Of a stretch of 26,357 nt of DNA, positions 9,049-16,721 are shown one piece after another. This DNA comes from Minisyncoccia bacterium. Its GTDB lineage: Bacteria > Patescibacteriota > Minisyncoccia > Moranbacterales > GWC2-37-73. The translations under genes and the position numbers were made by a program. The stretch spans positions 1 to 26,357 of the forward strand of contig JBGQBV010000001.1 in NCBI GenBank assembly GCA_041494985.1, in the 5' to 3' direction. How positions within the stretch are numbered: the stretch's first letter is position 1; the number at the start of each line of letters is the position of its first letter. The notes under the pieces are model-generated. The model made no database searches. It was not told the DNA's origin and was given only the letters and a program-made list of their open reading frames with translations.

Positions 9049-10056
9049 ATGAAAAGCAAAAGGAGCATTTTGGTTATCGGCATGGGACACGTTTTCAACT
9101 ACCATGTTCGCGCAATCAGCGAGGCTTTTCCAGATGCGGCAGTGTTCGCAACGGACATTGATTCCAGTAAGGAAAAAGTTGCCAAGGAGATGGGTGTCAT
9201 TTTTGTCCCGTATGCAAACAAAGATGCGGCAATCAAGGCGGCCGACATCGTGGTGGTGTGTGTGCCCTGTGCGGAACATCACGCCGTAGCGAAGGAGGCT
9301 TTGCTGGCTGGCAAGACGGTTTTGCTCGAAAAGCCACCGACGAAAACAGTTGCGGAGTTTGATGACCTGTTGGAAACGGCCAAAAGCGTTCCCGGCGCCA
9401 AGCTGGTTTGCGCAATCCATGCCGCTCATGATCTCACCATCAAATATCTCGTTGCCGAAATGAAAGAAGGTGTCCATCAGAAATTCGGGAAACTCATCAA
9501 ACTCCAGGCGGAATTTGATGACCCGTATGAAAAAGATGGTCACATCTTCACTAACCTCGGCAGCAGTCACGAAGATAGTGCGCCTAACGCACTTTCCGTC
9601 TTCGCACGCTTCACTGATATTTCCTGGTTTGACATTATGGATGCGGAATTCGACAATTCCGTTCCGGCAGCCGAGGGAGTCGTCTGTCTGGAGTCATCTG
9701 GCAGAGTGGACTACAAATTCCCTGGCGGCGAGGCCATACTTCTCACCAACTGGATCAGAGGGCTCAACCGAAAGGTGACTTTTCTGACCTTTCGTGATGA
9801 TGCTGGCAAGGAAACATTGATGCTGCTGCACCATTCGAAACAGAGCATCTTCATCGGTAAACCGGGCGATATCGAGGACAATCTCAGCTTACTGATCAAT
9901 CTCGACAATGGCGTGCCGCGTCTCGACAATCATTATAGCGGTGTCTACGCCGATTTCACTCGAATGATTGAGAGCGGCGAAAACAATATGGAGCTCGGTT
10001 TGACAATCACCCAGCTCTGGATCGGCGCCTATGAAATGGCTGGAATCGGAAAGTAA
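9049..10056 (+). CDS. Gfo/Idh/MocA family NAD(P)-dependent oxidoreductase (aldose 1-dehydrogenase-like)
   Basis: N-terminal Rossmann ILVIGMG, DIVVVCVPCAEH, GKTVLLEKPP; SD AAGGAGGAG. Confidence 0.88.
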   Translation: MKSKRSILVIGMGHVFNYHVRAISEAFPDAAVFATDIDSSKEKVAKEMGVIFVPYANKDAAIKAADIVVVCVPCAEHHAVAKEALLAGKTVLLEKPPTKTVAEFDDLLETAKSVPGAKLVCAIHAAHDLTIKYLVAEMKEGVHQKFGKLIKLQAEFDDPYEKDGHIFTNLGSSHEDSAPNALSVFARFTDISWFDIMDAEFDNSVPAAEGVVCLESSGRVDYKFPGGEAILLTNWIRGLNRKVTFLTFRDDAGKETLMLLHHSKQSIFIGKPGDIEDNLSLLINLDNGVPRLDNHYSGVYADFTRMIESGENNMELGLTITQLWIGAYEMAGIGK

Positions 10057-10076
10057 GCCGACTCCTTCGGACCAAT

Positions 10077-10116
10077 ACTGCCAGTGTGTCGATAACTCGA
10101 CCCTGGCAGTTTTTTT
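10077..10116 (+). terminator. Intrinsic terminator
   Basis: ACTGCCAG...TCGA-TAAC-TCGA...CTGGCAGT followed by a T tract. Confidence 0.75.
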
Positions 10117-10189
10117 ATGGATTTTTTTGGTACTTATGGGTTATAGATGGTATGATTAAGATAGTTTAAAATTTATCTTTATAATTTTT

Positions 10190-11077
10190 ATGGGAATTTT
10201 CCTATCCATCATTACGTCATTTTTCTTCACGGCGCAAAATACGGCTATCAAAAAGTTGGCTGTCAAATCGGACACGATGTTGGTTTCCTGGTCAATAGCA
10301 GCTTTTGCCGCTGTAATAATACTGCCGATTTTTATCCTAGTTATTTTGTGGCAGGGTATGCCTGAAATAGGAAATGGCTTTTGGCTGGCTCTTCTTTATA
10401 AAACGCCGCTTATGATTGTGGCTTATTGGTATTATGTGAAAGCGCATAAGTATGGAGAAATGTCACTTATCAGTCCGCTGCTGTCACTGACGCCAGCCAT
10501 AATTCTTTTGATTGCTCCTTTTATGATCGGTCAAAAGGCCAGCTTGGGAGGAATGATGGGAATCGGATTGATTGTGGTCGGATCATATGCTTTAAATTTC
10601 AGTCATCGGACGGGAGGAATATTCAATCCGATAAAAAAACTTTTTCAGGATAGGGGTGCCAGGTATATGATGGTGACAGCTTCTATATGGGCGGTATCTT
10701 CCGTCACGGATGTCATGGGACTCAGGGGAATTCACGGAAGTAATATCCAAGCTGGAATACTTTGGGCGCTGGCTTCGTATATTGCAATTTCTGTGGGGCT
10801 TGCACCCTTTATTATCAAAAAAATAAAAATGCTTGGCTTTAAGGAGGAAAGAAAAAATCTTTTTCTAGTCGGATTTTTCAACGGACTGACTGGAATTTTT
10901 CAAATGACAGCAACTACGATGATTTTGGTGGCGTATGTAAATGCTATTAAGCGTTTTTCAATGGTTTTGGGAGTCATCGTTGGCGCAGTTGTCTTTAAGG
11001 AAAAGAATTTCAAAGAGCGCCTTGCCGGTTCTCTTATTATGCTAGCGGGAGTCGTCATGATAGTGCTGGCGAAATAA
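10190..11077 (+). CDS. EamA/DMT family transporter
   Basis: 295 aa, about 10 TM helices in two repeats; SLISPLLSLTP, YVNAIKRFSMVLGVIVGAVVFKEK..RLAG; possible promoter TGgTATGAT at 10148-10156. Confidence 0.92.
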   Translation: MGIFLSIITSFFFTAQNTAIKKLAVKSDTMLVSWSIAAFAAVIILPIFILVILWQGMPEIGNGFWLALLYKTPLMIVAYWYYVKAHKYGEMSLISPLLSLTPAIILLIAPFMIGQKASLGGMMGIGLIVVGSYALNFSHRTGGIFNPIKKLFQDRGARYMMVTASIWAVSSVTDVMGLRGIHGSNIQAGILWALASYIAISVGLAPFIIKKIKMLGFKEERKNLFLVGFFNGLTGIFQMTATTMILVAYVNAIKRFSMVLGVIVGAVVFKEKNFKERLAGSLIMLAGVVMIVLAK

Positions 11078-11091
11078 CGCATGATTGTTTA

Positions 11092-11125
11092 AGGGGTTTC
11101 GGGAAGTTTTTCGAAGCCCTTTTTT
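11092..11125 (+). terminator. Intrinsic terminator
   Basis: AGGGGTTTCGGGA...TTTCGAAGCCCTT stem with G-U pairs followed by a T tract. Confidence 0.65.
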
Positions 11126-11152
11126 ATTTGGAAAGGCTGTTTGGGCTGAATG

Positions 11153-11181
11153 TTGCCATAAGTCGGTTTAATTGATATTAT
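11153..11181 (+). promoter_or_regulatory. Sigma70-type promoter for tyrS-pheT'-pheS (near-leaderless)
   Basis: TTGCCA (11153-11158), 17-nt spacer, TGaTATTAT (ends 11181); ATG at 11190. Confidence 0.65.
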
Positions 11182-11189
11182 TACTGCAT

Positions 11190-12443
11190 ATGGAAAAAAA
11201 TATAGAACAACAAATTGATGAGATTCTGAGCCGCGGAGTGAGCGAGGTGATTGAACGCGAGCATCTCAAAAAAAGACTCTTGAGCGGCGAAAAATTGCGG
11301 GTGAAATTGGGCATCGATCCGACCAGCCCGAATCTGCATCTGGGTCGGGCGACAGTGCTGCTCAAAATGAAAGACCTGCAGCAATTGGGCCATCAGGTCG
11401 TCCTGATCATCGGTGATTTCACGGGAGTGATCGGGGATACTTCTGACAAGGAAAGCGAACGGCCGATGCTGGACGCGGCCACGGTCAAAAAGAATCTCGC
11501 GACATACAAGGAACAAGCCGGAAAAATTCTGGACATGGAAAAAGTGGAATTCCATTTTAATTCCGAATGGCTGGCCAAATTGGGCTACGCGGAAATCGGC
11601 GAACACGCCGATCAGTTTTCTTTACATGAATTCAGCGCGCGGGAAAATATCAAAAAGCGTCTGGATGAAGGCAAGCGTGTTTCGCTCAGAGAACTGCTGT
11701 ATCCATTGATGCAAGGTTATGACAGCGTGGCGGTCAGGGCGGATTTGGAATTGGGCGGCACGGACCAGCGTTTCAATCTGCTCTCCGGACGCGAACTGCA
11801 GAAACATTTCAAGCAGCCGCAGCAGGATGTCCTGATGGTCAATCTGATCGAAGGCACGGACGGACGCAAGATGAGTTCCAGCTGGGGCAACACGGTCAAT
11901 CTGACCGACCAGCCGAACGACATGTTCGGGAAAATCATGCGCGTTCCGGATGAATTGATCATAAAATATTTCATCCATTGCACACGTCTGCCGCTGGCGG
12001 AAATAAAAGACAAGGAAAGCAGGATGAATCTGGGAAAATCTTTTTGGAGCAAGCTCCTGACAGCAGTTGGAGCCAAAAAACAGGAACTGAGCCCGCGCGA
12101 TGCCAAGCTGTCTTTGGCCGACGAAATCGTCAAGCTTTATCACGGGGAAGATGCGGCTCGGGCGGCGCGCGAATATTTCATCAACACGTTTTCTAAAAAG
12201 GAAATCCCTCAGGACATCGCGCAGTTCGAAGTGCAAAGCGTCTCGATGAAGCTGACGGAGCTTGTCGTGGCGTCCGGCAACGCGACCAGCTTGGGCGATG
12301 CCCGCCGCAAGATCGAGCAGGGCGGGGTTTCGATCAATGACAAGAAGATCACCGATCCGCAAGCCATGGTGGCGAAAGAAAATGACGGACAGGTTTTGAA
12401 AATCGGCAAGATGGGATTCGTAAAAATAGTATTCAAAAAATGA
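11190..12443 (+). CDS. tyrS: Tyrosine--tRNA ligase
   Basis: KLGIDPTSPNLHLG (HIGH), YPLMQGYD, ELGGTDQRFN, KMSSS, C-terminal S4 domain; start set at ATG 11190. Confidence 0.98.
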   Translation: MEKNIEQQIDEILSRGVSEVIEREHLKKRLLSGEKLRVKLGIDPTSPNLHLGRATVLLKMKDLQQLGHQVVLIIGDFTGVIGDTSDKESERPMLDAATVKKNLATYKEQAGKILDMEKVEFHFNSEWLAKLGYAEIGEHADQFSLHEFSARENIKKRLDEGKRVSLRELLYPLMQGYDSVAVRADLELGGTDQRFNLLSGRELQKHFKQPQQDVLMVNLIEGTDGRKMSSSWGNTVNLTDQPNDMFGKIMRVPDELIIKYFIHCTRLPLAEIKDKESRMNLGKSFWSKLLTAVGAKKQELSPRDAKLSLADEIVKLYHGEDAARAAREYFINTFSKKEIPQDIAQFEVQSVSMKLTELVVASGNATSLGDARRKIEQGGVSINDKKITDPQAMVAKENDGQVLKIGKMGFVKIVFKK

Positions 12444-12467
12444 TCTGTTTGATAAGATAAAATCCAT

Positions 12468-12896
12468 ATGAAATTTCTATACAATTGGTTCAAAAAAATA
12501 CTAGACACTGAAAAATCAACCAAAAAGGCGCCAGAAAGTCAGCTGGCGCATTCTTTTGGAAATGTCGTGGTGGGAAAAATTTTGGAAATCGCCAAACATC
12601 CGAACGCGGACAGACTCCAAGTGACAAAAACCGATGTCGGCTCCGAAGTTCTGCAAATTGTCTGTGGCGCACCGAACATCAAAGTCGGACAACTTGTTCC
12701 GGTCGCGCTTGTTGGAGCGAAACTGCCAGGCGGGATGGAAATCAAAGAGGCGGAAATCCGCGGAGTAAAATCCTTCGGGATGCTGTGTGCGACGGATGAG
12801 CTTGGGCTGGGCAGCAATCATAGCGGGATTATGATTTTGAATGAAAAAGCCATGGTTGGAATGGAATTTGCAAAATATCTTAATTTGAATAAATAA
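12468..12896 (+). CDS. Truncated PheT remnant / stand-alone tRNA-binding OB-fold (B2, YtpR/EMAPII-like) protein
   Basis: PheT-like start MKFLYNWFKK, then VVVGKILEIAKHPNADRL, QIVCGAPN, IRGVKSFGMLCATDELG; stops before B3/B4. Confidence 0.88.
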   Translation: MKFLYNWFKKILDTEKSTKKAPESQLAHSFGNVVVGKILEIAKHPNADRLQVTKTDVGSEVLQIVCGAPNIKVGQLVPVALVGAKLPGGMEIKEAEIRGVKSFGMLCATDELGLGSNHSGIMILNEKAMVGMEFAKYLNLNK

Positions 12897-12916
12897 CTGA
12901 TCAGGGTGACAAAAAT

Positions 12917-14056
12917 ATGCGAAAGATTGTTATTGAGGATCCAAACGAAAAAGTTTTAATAGAAGAATTGGATAAAAGAAGTGACATCAAGGCTGAGCGC
13001 ATCAAAAGGCTTTTGGCTTTGCCTGACCTTACCAGAAAAGAGAATTCGCCGGTGAAAATCTTATTTGATCAGATAATCAATTTGCCGAGGTTTGATGGGT
13101 TTGACATCGTTGAATTCCCGAAAATCATAACCGTCGAGCAATGTTTTGATCTGCTGAACACCCCGAAAGATCATCCAAGCCGAAAAGAAACCGACACATA
13201 CTATGTCAATGAAGAATATCTTTTGCGGACCCAGATGACAGCTTTTTGGTCTTTTTATCTGAAAGACAAGGAAGTCTTGAAAAAATTGGAAGAAGAGGGG
13301 GAGATCAAGGCCTTGGCTCCCGGAATTGTTTATCGGAAAGACGAAATCGACAGGCATCATTTTCCCGCCTTCCATCAAATTGACGGGTTGTTGATCTGCA
13401 AGAAAGACAAAAAAATCATCACCCAACAGGACCTGAAAGATGTCCAGATCGATCTGGCCAAGGGGATTTTCGGGGCGGATATCGAACACAAATTCCTTGA
13501 TGACACTTTTCCCTACACCGTGGAAAGTTTGGAAATGGATATCATGTTCAACGGCGATTGGATGGAGGTCAATGGCGCCGGTCTGGTAAATCCCGTAGTT
13601 TTGGAAAAATTCGGTTTGGATCCGGAAAAATATAACGGCTGGGCTTTCGGTTTCGGAGAAAGATTGGCGATGATCAAGATGGAAATACCGGATATCCGGA
13701 TTCTTTGGTCAAATGACCCAAGAATCACAAGCCAATTCGAGGACATAGACAGCAAGTTCAAGGAAGTCAGCAAATTCCCGCCGGTTGTCCGTGACATATC
13801 ATTTATCATCGACAAAAACATAAACCTCAATAATTATTATGAAATTGTCCGTGACCATGCCAATGATCTGATCGAGGAAGTGAAACTTCTGGATGAATAT
13901 GAAAATGAAGAAAAGTTCGGGAAGGACAAAAAAAGCTATACCTTCCGCATCGTGTATCGTTCATCGGAAAGAACCTTGACCAACGAAGAAATCAACAAGA
14001 TTCAGGAAGCAATCCGCCAAAAAACCGTGCAGGAACTGAATGCCGTGTTGAGATAA
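12917..14056 (+). CDS. pheS: Single-chain (organelle-type) phenylalanine--tRNA ligase: PheS catalytic domain fused to FDX-ACB anticodon-binding domain
   Basis: HPSRKETDTYY, VYRKDEIDRHHFPAFHQ, GWAFGFG-ERLAM, PDIRILWSNDPR, then SKFPPVVRDISF...KSYTFRIVYRSSERTLTNEEIN. Confidence 0.93.
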   Translation: MRKIVIEDPNEKVLIEELDKRSDIKAERIKRLLALPDLTRKENSPVKILFDQIINLPRFDGFDIVEFPKIITVEQCFDLLNTPKDHPSRKETDTYYVNEEYLLRTQMTAFWSFYLKDKEVLKKLEEEGEIKALAPGIVYRKDEIDRHHFPAFHQIDGLLICKKDKKIITQQDLKDVQIDLAKGIFGADIEHKFLDDTFPYTVESLEMDIMFNGDWMEVNGAGLVNPVVLEKFGLDPEKYNGWAFGFGERLAMIKMEIPDIRILWSNDPRITSQFEDIDSKFKEVSKFPPVVRDISFIIDKNINLNNYYEIVRDHANDLIEEVKLLDEYENEEKFGKDKKSYTFRIVYRSSERTLTNEEINKIQEAIRQKTVQELNAVLR

Positions 14057-14075
14057 ATCCAATACGGAAAAAACA

Positions 14076-14252
14076 GCTGATTTTTCAGGGAGTGAGCTGG
14101 GTATAAGAGTGCGGAAATGACAAAAAATATTCTTTCAGGGAAAATCGGACAGCAAAAACAAGCTGTCCGATTTTTTTTGCGGCTCGCCGCTGCCGGCGGC
14201 CGCTGCCGCATTGACTAAAAGCGCGGAATGTTGCGCGGATGCAAAAATCAGC
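14076..14252. repeat. Nested structured intergenic element (contains the probable pheS operon terminator)
   Basis: Outer IR GCTGATTTTT/AAAAATCAGC; perfect 13-bp hairpin AAAATCGGACAGC/GCTGTCCGATTTT (14141-14174) plus T8; GC hairpin 14179-14203; direct repeat GCCGCTGCCG x2. Confidence 0.6.
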
Positions 14253-14259
14253 ATAGCTC

Positions 14260-14290
14260 TTGACAATAATTTAATATGTGGTAATATAAT
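14260..14290 (+). promoter_or_regulatory. Sigma70-type promoter for the 14329-18671 unit
   Basis: TTGACA (14260-14265), 16-nt spacer, TGgTAATAT (ends 14287); overlapping TATAAT 14285-14290. Confidence 0.7.
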
Positions 14291-14328
14291 TTGAACCCTA
14301 AAATTATTAACCATAGAAGTCATAACAT

Positions 14329-15384
14329 ATGAAAACATCCCTCAATCAGGCAAAAAAGGCTGCTGTCTCCGAGAATATGTTTTTTTCTAATTCTTTGCGG
14401 CAGCTTGTCGCCAATCTGTCCTTGCGGTCGCAGGAAATCATCTTCAGCCGCTACGGTGTTTTCGGCGGCAACGCGATGACGCTGGAGGAAATCGGCAAGA
14501 AATATCACATCACCCGCGAACGGGTGCGGCAGATCATCCGAGAAGTGCTCAAGAAAGTCCGGGAAAAAAAGAATGATCCGATCTTCCTGCAGATTCAGGA
14601 GGCTGTCGTCTTGGCGGTGCGGACAAACGGTGGTATAATGGAGGAGAAACAACTCCTGTCAGCCTTGGGAAAAGGAAACGCCAGCGAAGAAGCTGCGGTC
14701 AGTTTTTTCCTGCAATGTTTTGACAGCGTTGTCAGCAGTGAGATCAAGGGCGAACTGAAGTTTTCCTATGCCTTGCCTGATTTCAACATTGAAAGCTGGA
14801 AAGCCGTGAAGAACGTGGCAATAGCCATCCTGAAAGACCAGAAAAAAACCTTCCTGTTCGACGAACTGTTTGAAAAGGTGAAGGCCGACAAAAAAGACCT
14901 TTCCCGGGAAACTTTCGCCCATCATATGGAAGTGGCGGAGGAAATGAAACAGAACGCTTTCGGGAAATGGGGAGTTGCCGGATGGAAAGAGGTTTCTCCG
15001 AAAGGAACGCGGGAAAAAGCCTATCTGGTTCTCAAGGAATCGGAAAAGCCTCTGCATTTCCGCGATATCGCGAAAAAAATAGACCAGTACAAGTTGAACA
15101 AGAAAAAGACTCATCCGCAGACGGTGCACAACGAATTGATCAAGGACAGCAATTTCGTCCTGGTCGGACGGGGAATCTATGCGCTGGCAGAATGGGGATA
15201 TAAGAAAGGCACGGTCAAGGACGTGATCGAGGAGATCCTGGGCCACAGCAACAAGCCGCTGAGCCGGGAAGAGATCCTCGAAAAGGTTTTGGAGGTCAGG
15301 AGCGTGAAAAAATCGACCATCGTCATCAATCTCAACAACTATTTTTCCAAATCGAACAGCGGGGCATATTCAATAAAAAAATAG
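14329..15384 (+). CDS. Sigma-70 region 4-like HTH fused to HARE-HTH (RNAP delta-like) and further winged-helix domains
   Basis: SRYG...MTLEEIGKKYHITRERVRQI (region 4.2-like); GTREKAYLVLKESEKPLHFRDI...QTVHNELIKDSNFVLVGRGIYALAEW (HARE-type); no sigma region 2. Confidence 0.85.
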   Translation: MKTSLNQAKKAAVSENMFFSNSLRQLVANLSLRSQEIIFSRYGVFGGNAMTLEEIGKKYHITRERVRQIIREVLKKVREKKNDPIFLQIQEAVVLAVRTNGGIMEEKQLLSALGKGNASEEAAVSFFLQCFDSVVSSEIKGELKFSYALPDFNIESWKAVKNVAIAILKDQKKTFLFDELFEKVKADKKDLSRETFAHHMEVAEEMKQNAFGKWGVAGWKEVSPKGTREKAYLVLKESEKPLHFRDIAKKIDQYKLNKKKTHPQTVHNELIKDSNFVLVGRGIYALAEWGYKKGTVKDVIEEILGHSNKPLSREEILEKVLEVRSVKKSTIVINLNNYFSKSNSGAYSIKK

Positions 15385-15407
15385 GTTTAAAGGGAAAAGA
15401 AAAATAA

Positions 15408-16685
15408 ATGGACATTCTTTCAAATTCACTGCAGCAAATAGTCACTTCAACGAAAGAGGCGGGTCAAGCTTTGAGCTACGTGTGGTTCATTGTTTTGCCG
15501 CCTCTTTTTTATTTCCTGTTCAAGGAGCTGTGGATGTACCATATCCAGGGAAAATATTCTGCGGCGCCTGACTGGGTGCTGCTGGAACTTATTCCGCCGA
15601 AAAATATCGAAAAAAGCCCGAAATCGATGGAGAATTTCATCATGGCTTTCGCCGGAGTGGAAAAGGCCTTCACTCCCATCGAAACTTATATCGATGGGGC
15701 GTTTACGGATTATATGAGTTTGGAAATCGTGGGCGATTCCGGCAACGTCCATTTCTATGTCTGGTCAATGAAAAAATTCCGGCATCTGGTCGAAGCGCAT
15801 CTTTATGCGCAATATCCGGATGTGGAAATCCTTGAAGTTCCGGACTACGTCAATGACGTGCCGAAGGTCGTCCCGAACAGCCAATGGGACCTTTGGGGAA
15901 CGGATTTCGAATTGTCAAAACACAGCGCCTATCCGATCAAGACCTATCCGCAATATGAGGAATCCATCACTGGCAAGATGATCGACCCGCTGGCCGGGCT
16001 CATCGAGACCATGGGCAAGTTGGGACCGAACCAGAAGATCTGGCTGCAATGGATCATCCAGCCTACGAGTCCGAGATGGGCGGGCCTGGAGGGCAAGCCG
16101 GTCCTGGACAAGCTCAAAGGCAGGGAGGTCAAGCACGAAAGCATCCTGGAACGCATCCGGAAAGACATCGTCGATGTTTTCAGCAATATTCCCAAAGCCT
16201 TCCATAGTCCCGTGGAATTCGCGTCAGAATCAGCCAAAGAAGAGCAGCCGCTGGACGTGCGCCTGTCTCCGGTAGAAAGGGATGTGCTCAAGGCGGTGGA
16301 AGAAAATCTCGGCAAGGTGCAGTTCTATGTCAAAGGACGTTTCCTTTTTCTGGGACGCCGGGAAAATTATGACAAAGGCGTGGGACTCAATGCTTTTTTC
16401 GGAGCCATGCGGCCGTTCAATGACGAGAATCTCAACAGTTTGAAACCGAACAACAGCACCAAGACTTCCCCTTACTATGTTTTCATAAAGCAACGCATGC
16501 GCTATCTGCAGTATAAGATTTTCCGCCGCTACAAGGACAGGAGCATGTCGCCGAATTCCGTGGTCATGAGCGTCGAGGAACTGGCGACATTGTTCCATTT
16601 CCCGGATATGAATGTGGTCGCGCCTTCATTGACCCGCACGGAAGCAAAACGCGGCGGTGCGCCGTCCAATCTGCCGATAGAATAG
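15408..16685 (+). CDS. Membrane-anchored hypothetical protein, resembling the N-terminal partner domain of CPR VirD4-like ATPases
   Basis: 425 aa; N-terminal TM WFIVLPPLFYFLF; motifs YMSLEI, VEAHLYAQYPDVEI, YPIKTY, MSVEELATLFHFP; directly upstream of the ATPase. Confidence 0.75.
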   Translation: MDILSNSLQQIVTSTKEAGQALSYVWFIVLPPLFYFLFKELWMYHIQGKYSAAPDWVLLELIPPKNIEKSPKSMENFIMAFAGVEKAFTPIETYIDGAFTDYMSLEIVGDSGNVHFYVWSMKKFRHLVEAHLYAQYPDVEILEVPDYVNDVPKVVPNSQWDLWGTDFELSKHSAYPIKTYPQYEESITGKMIDPLAGLIETMGKLGPNQKIWLQWIIQPTSPRWAGLEGKPVLDKLKGREVKHESILERIRKDIVDVFSNIPKAFHSPVEFASESAKEEQPLDVRLSPVERDVLKAVEENLGKVQFYVKGRFLFLGRRENYDKGVGLNAFFGAMRPFNDENLNSLKPNNSTKTSPYYVFIKQRMRYLQYKIFRRYKDRSMSPNSVVMSVEELATLFHFPDMNVVAPSLTRTEAKRGGAPSNLPIE

Positions 16686-16721
16686 GTCTTTTACTTATTA
16701 ACTACAACGCTAGTTACGAAT

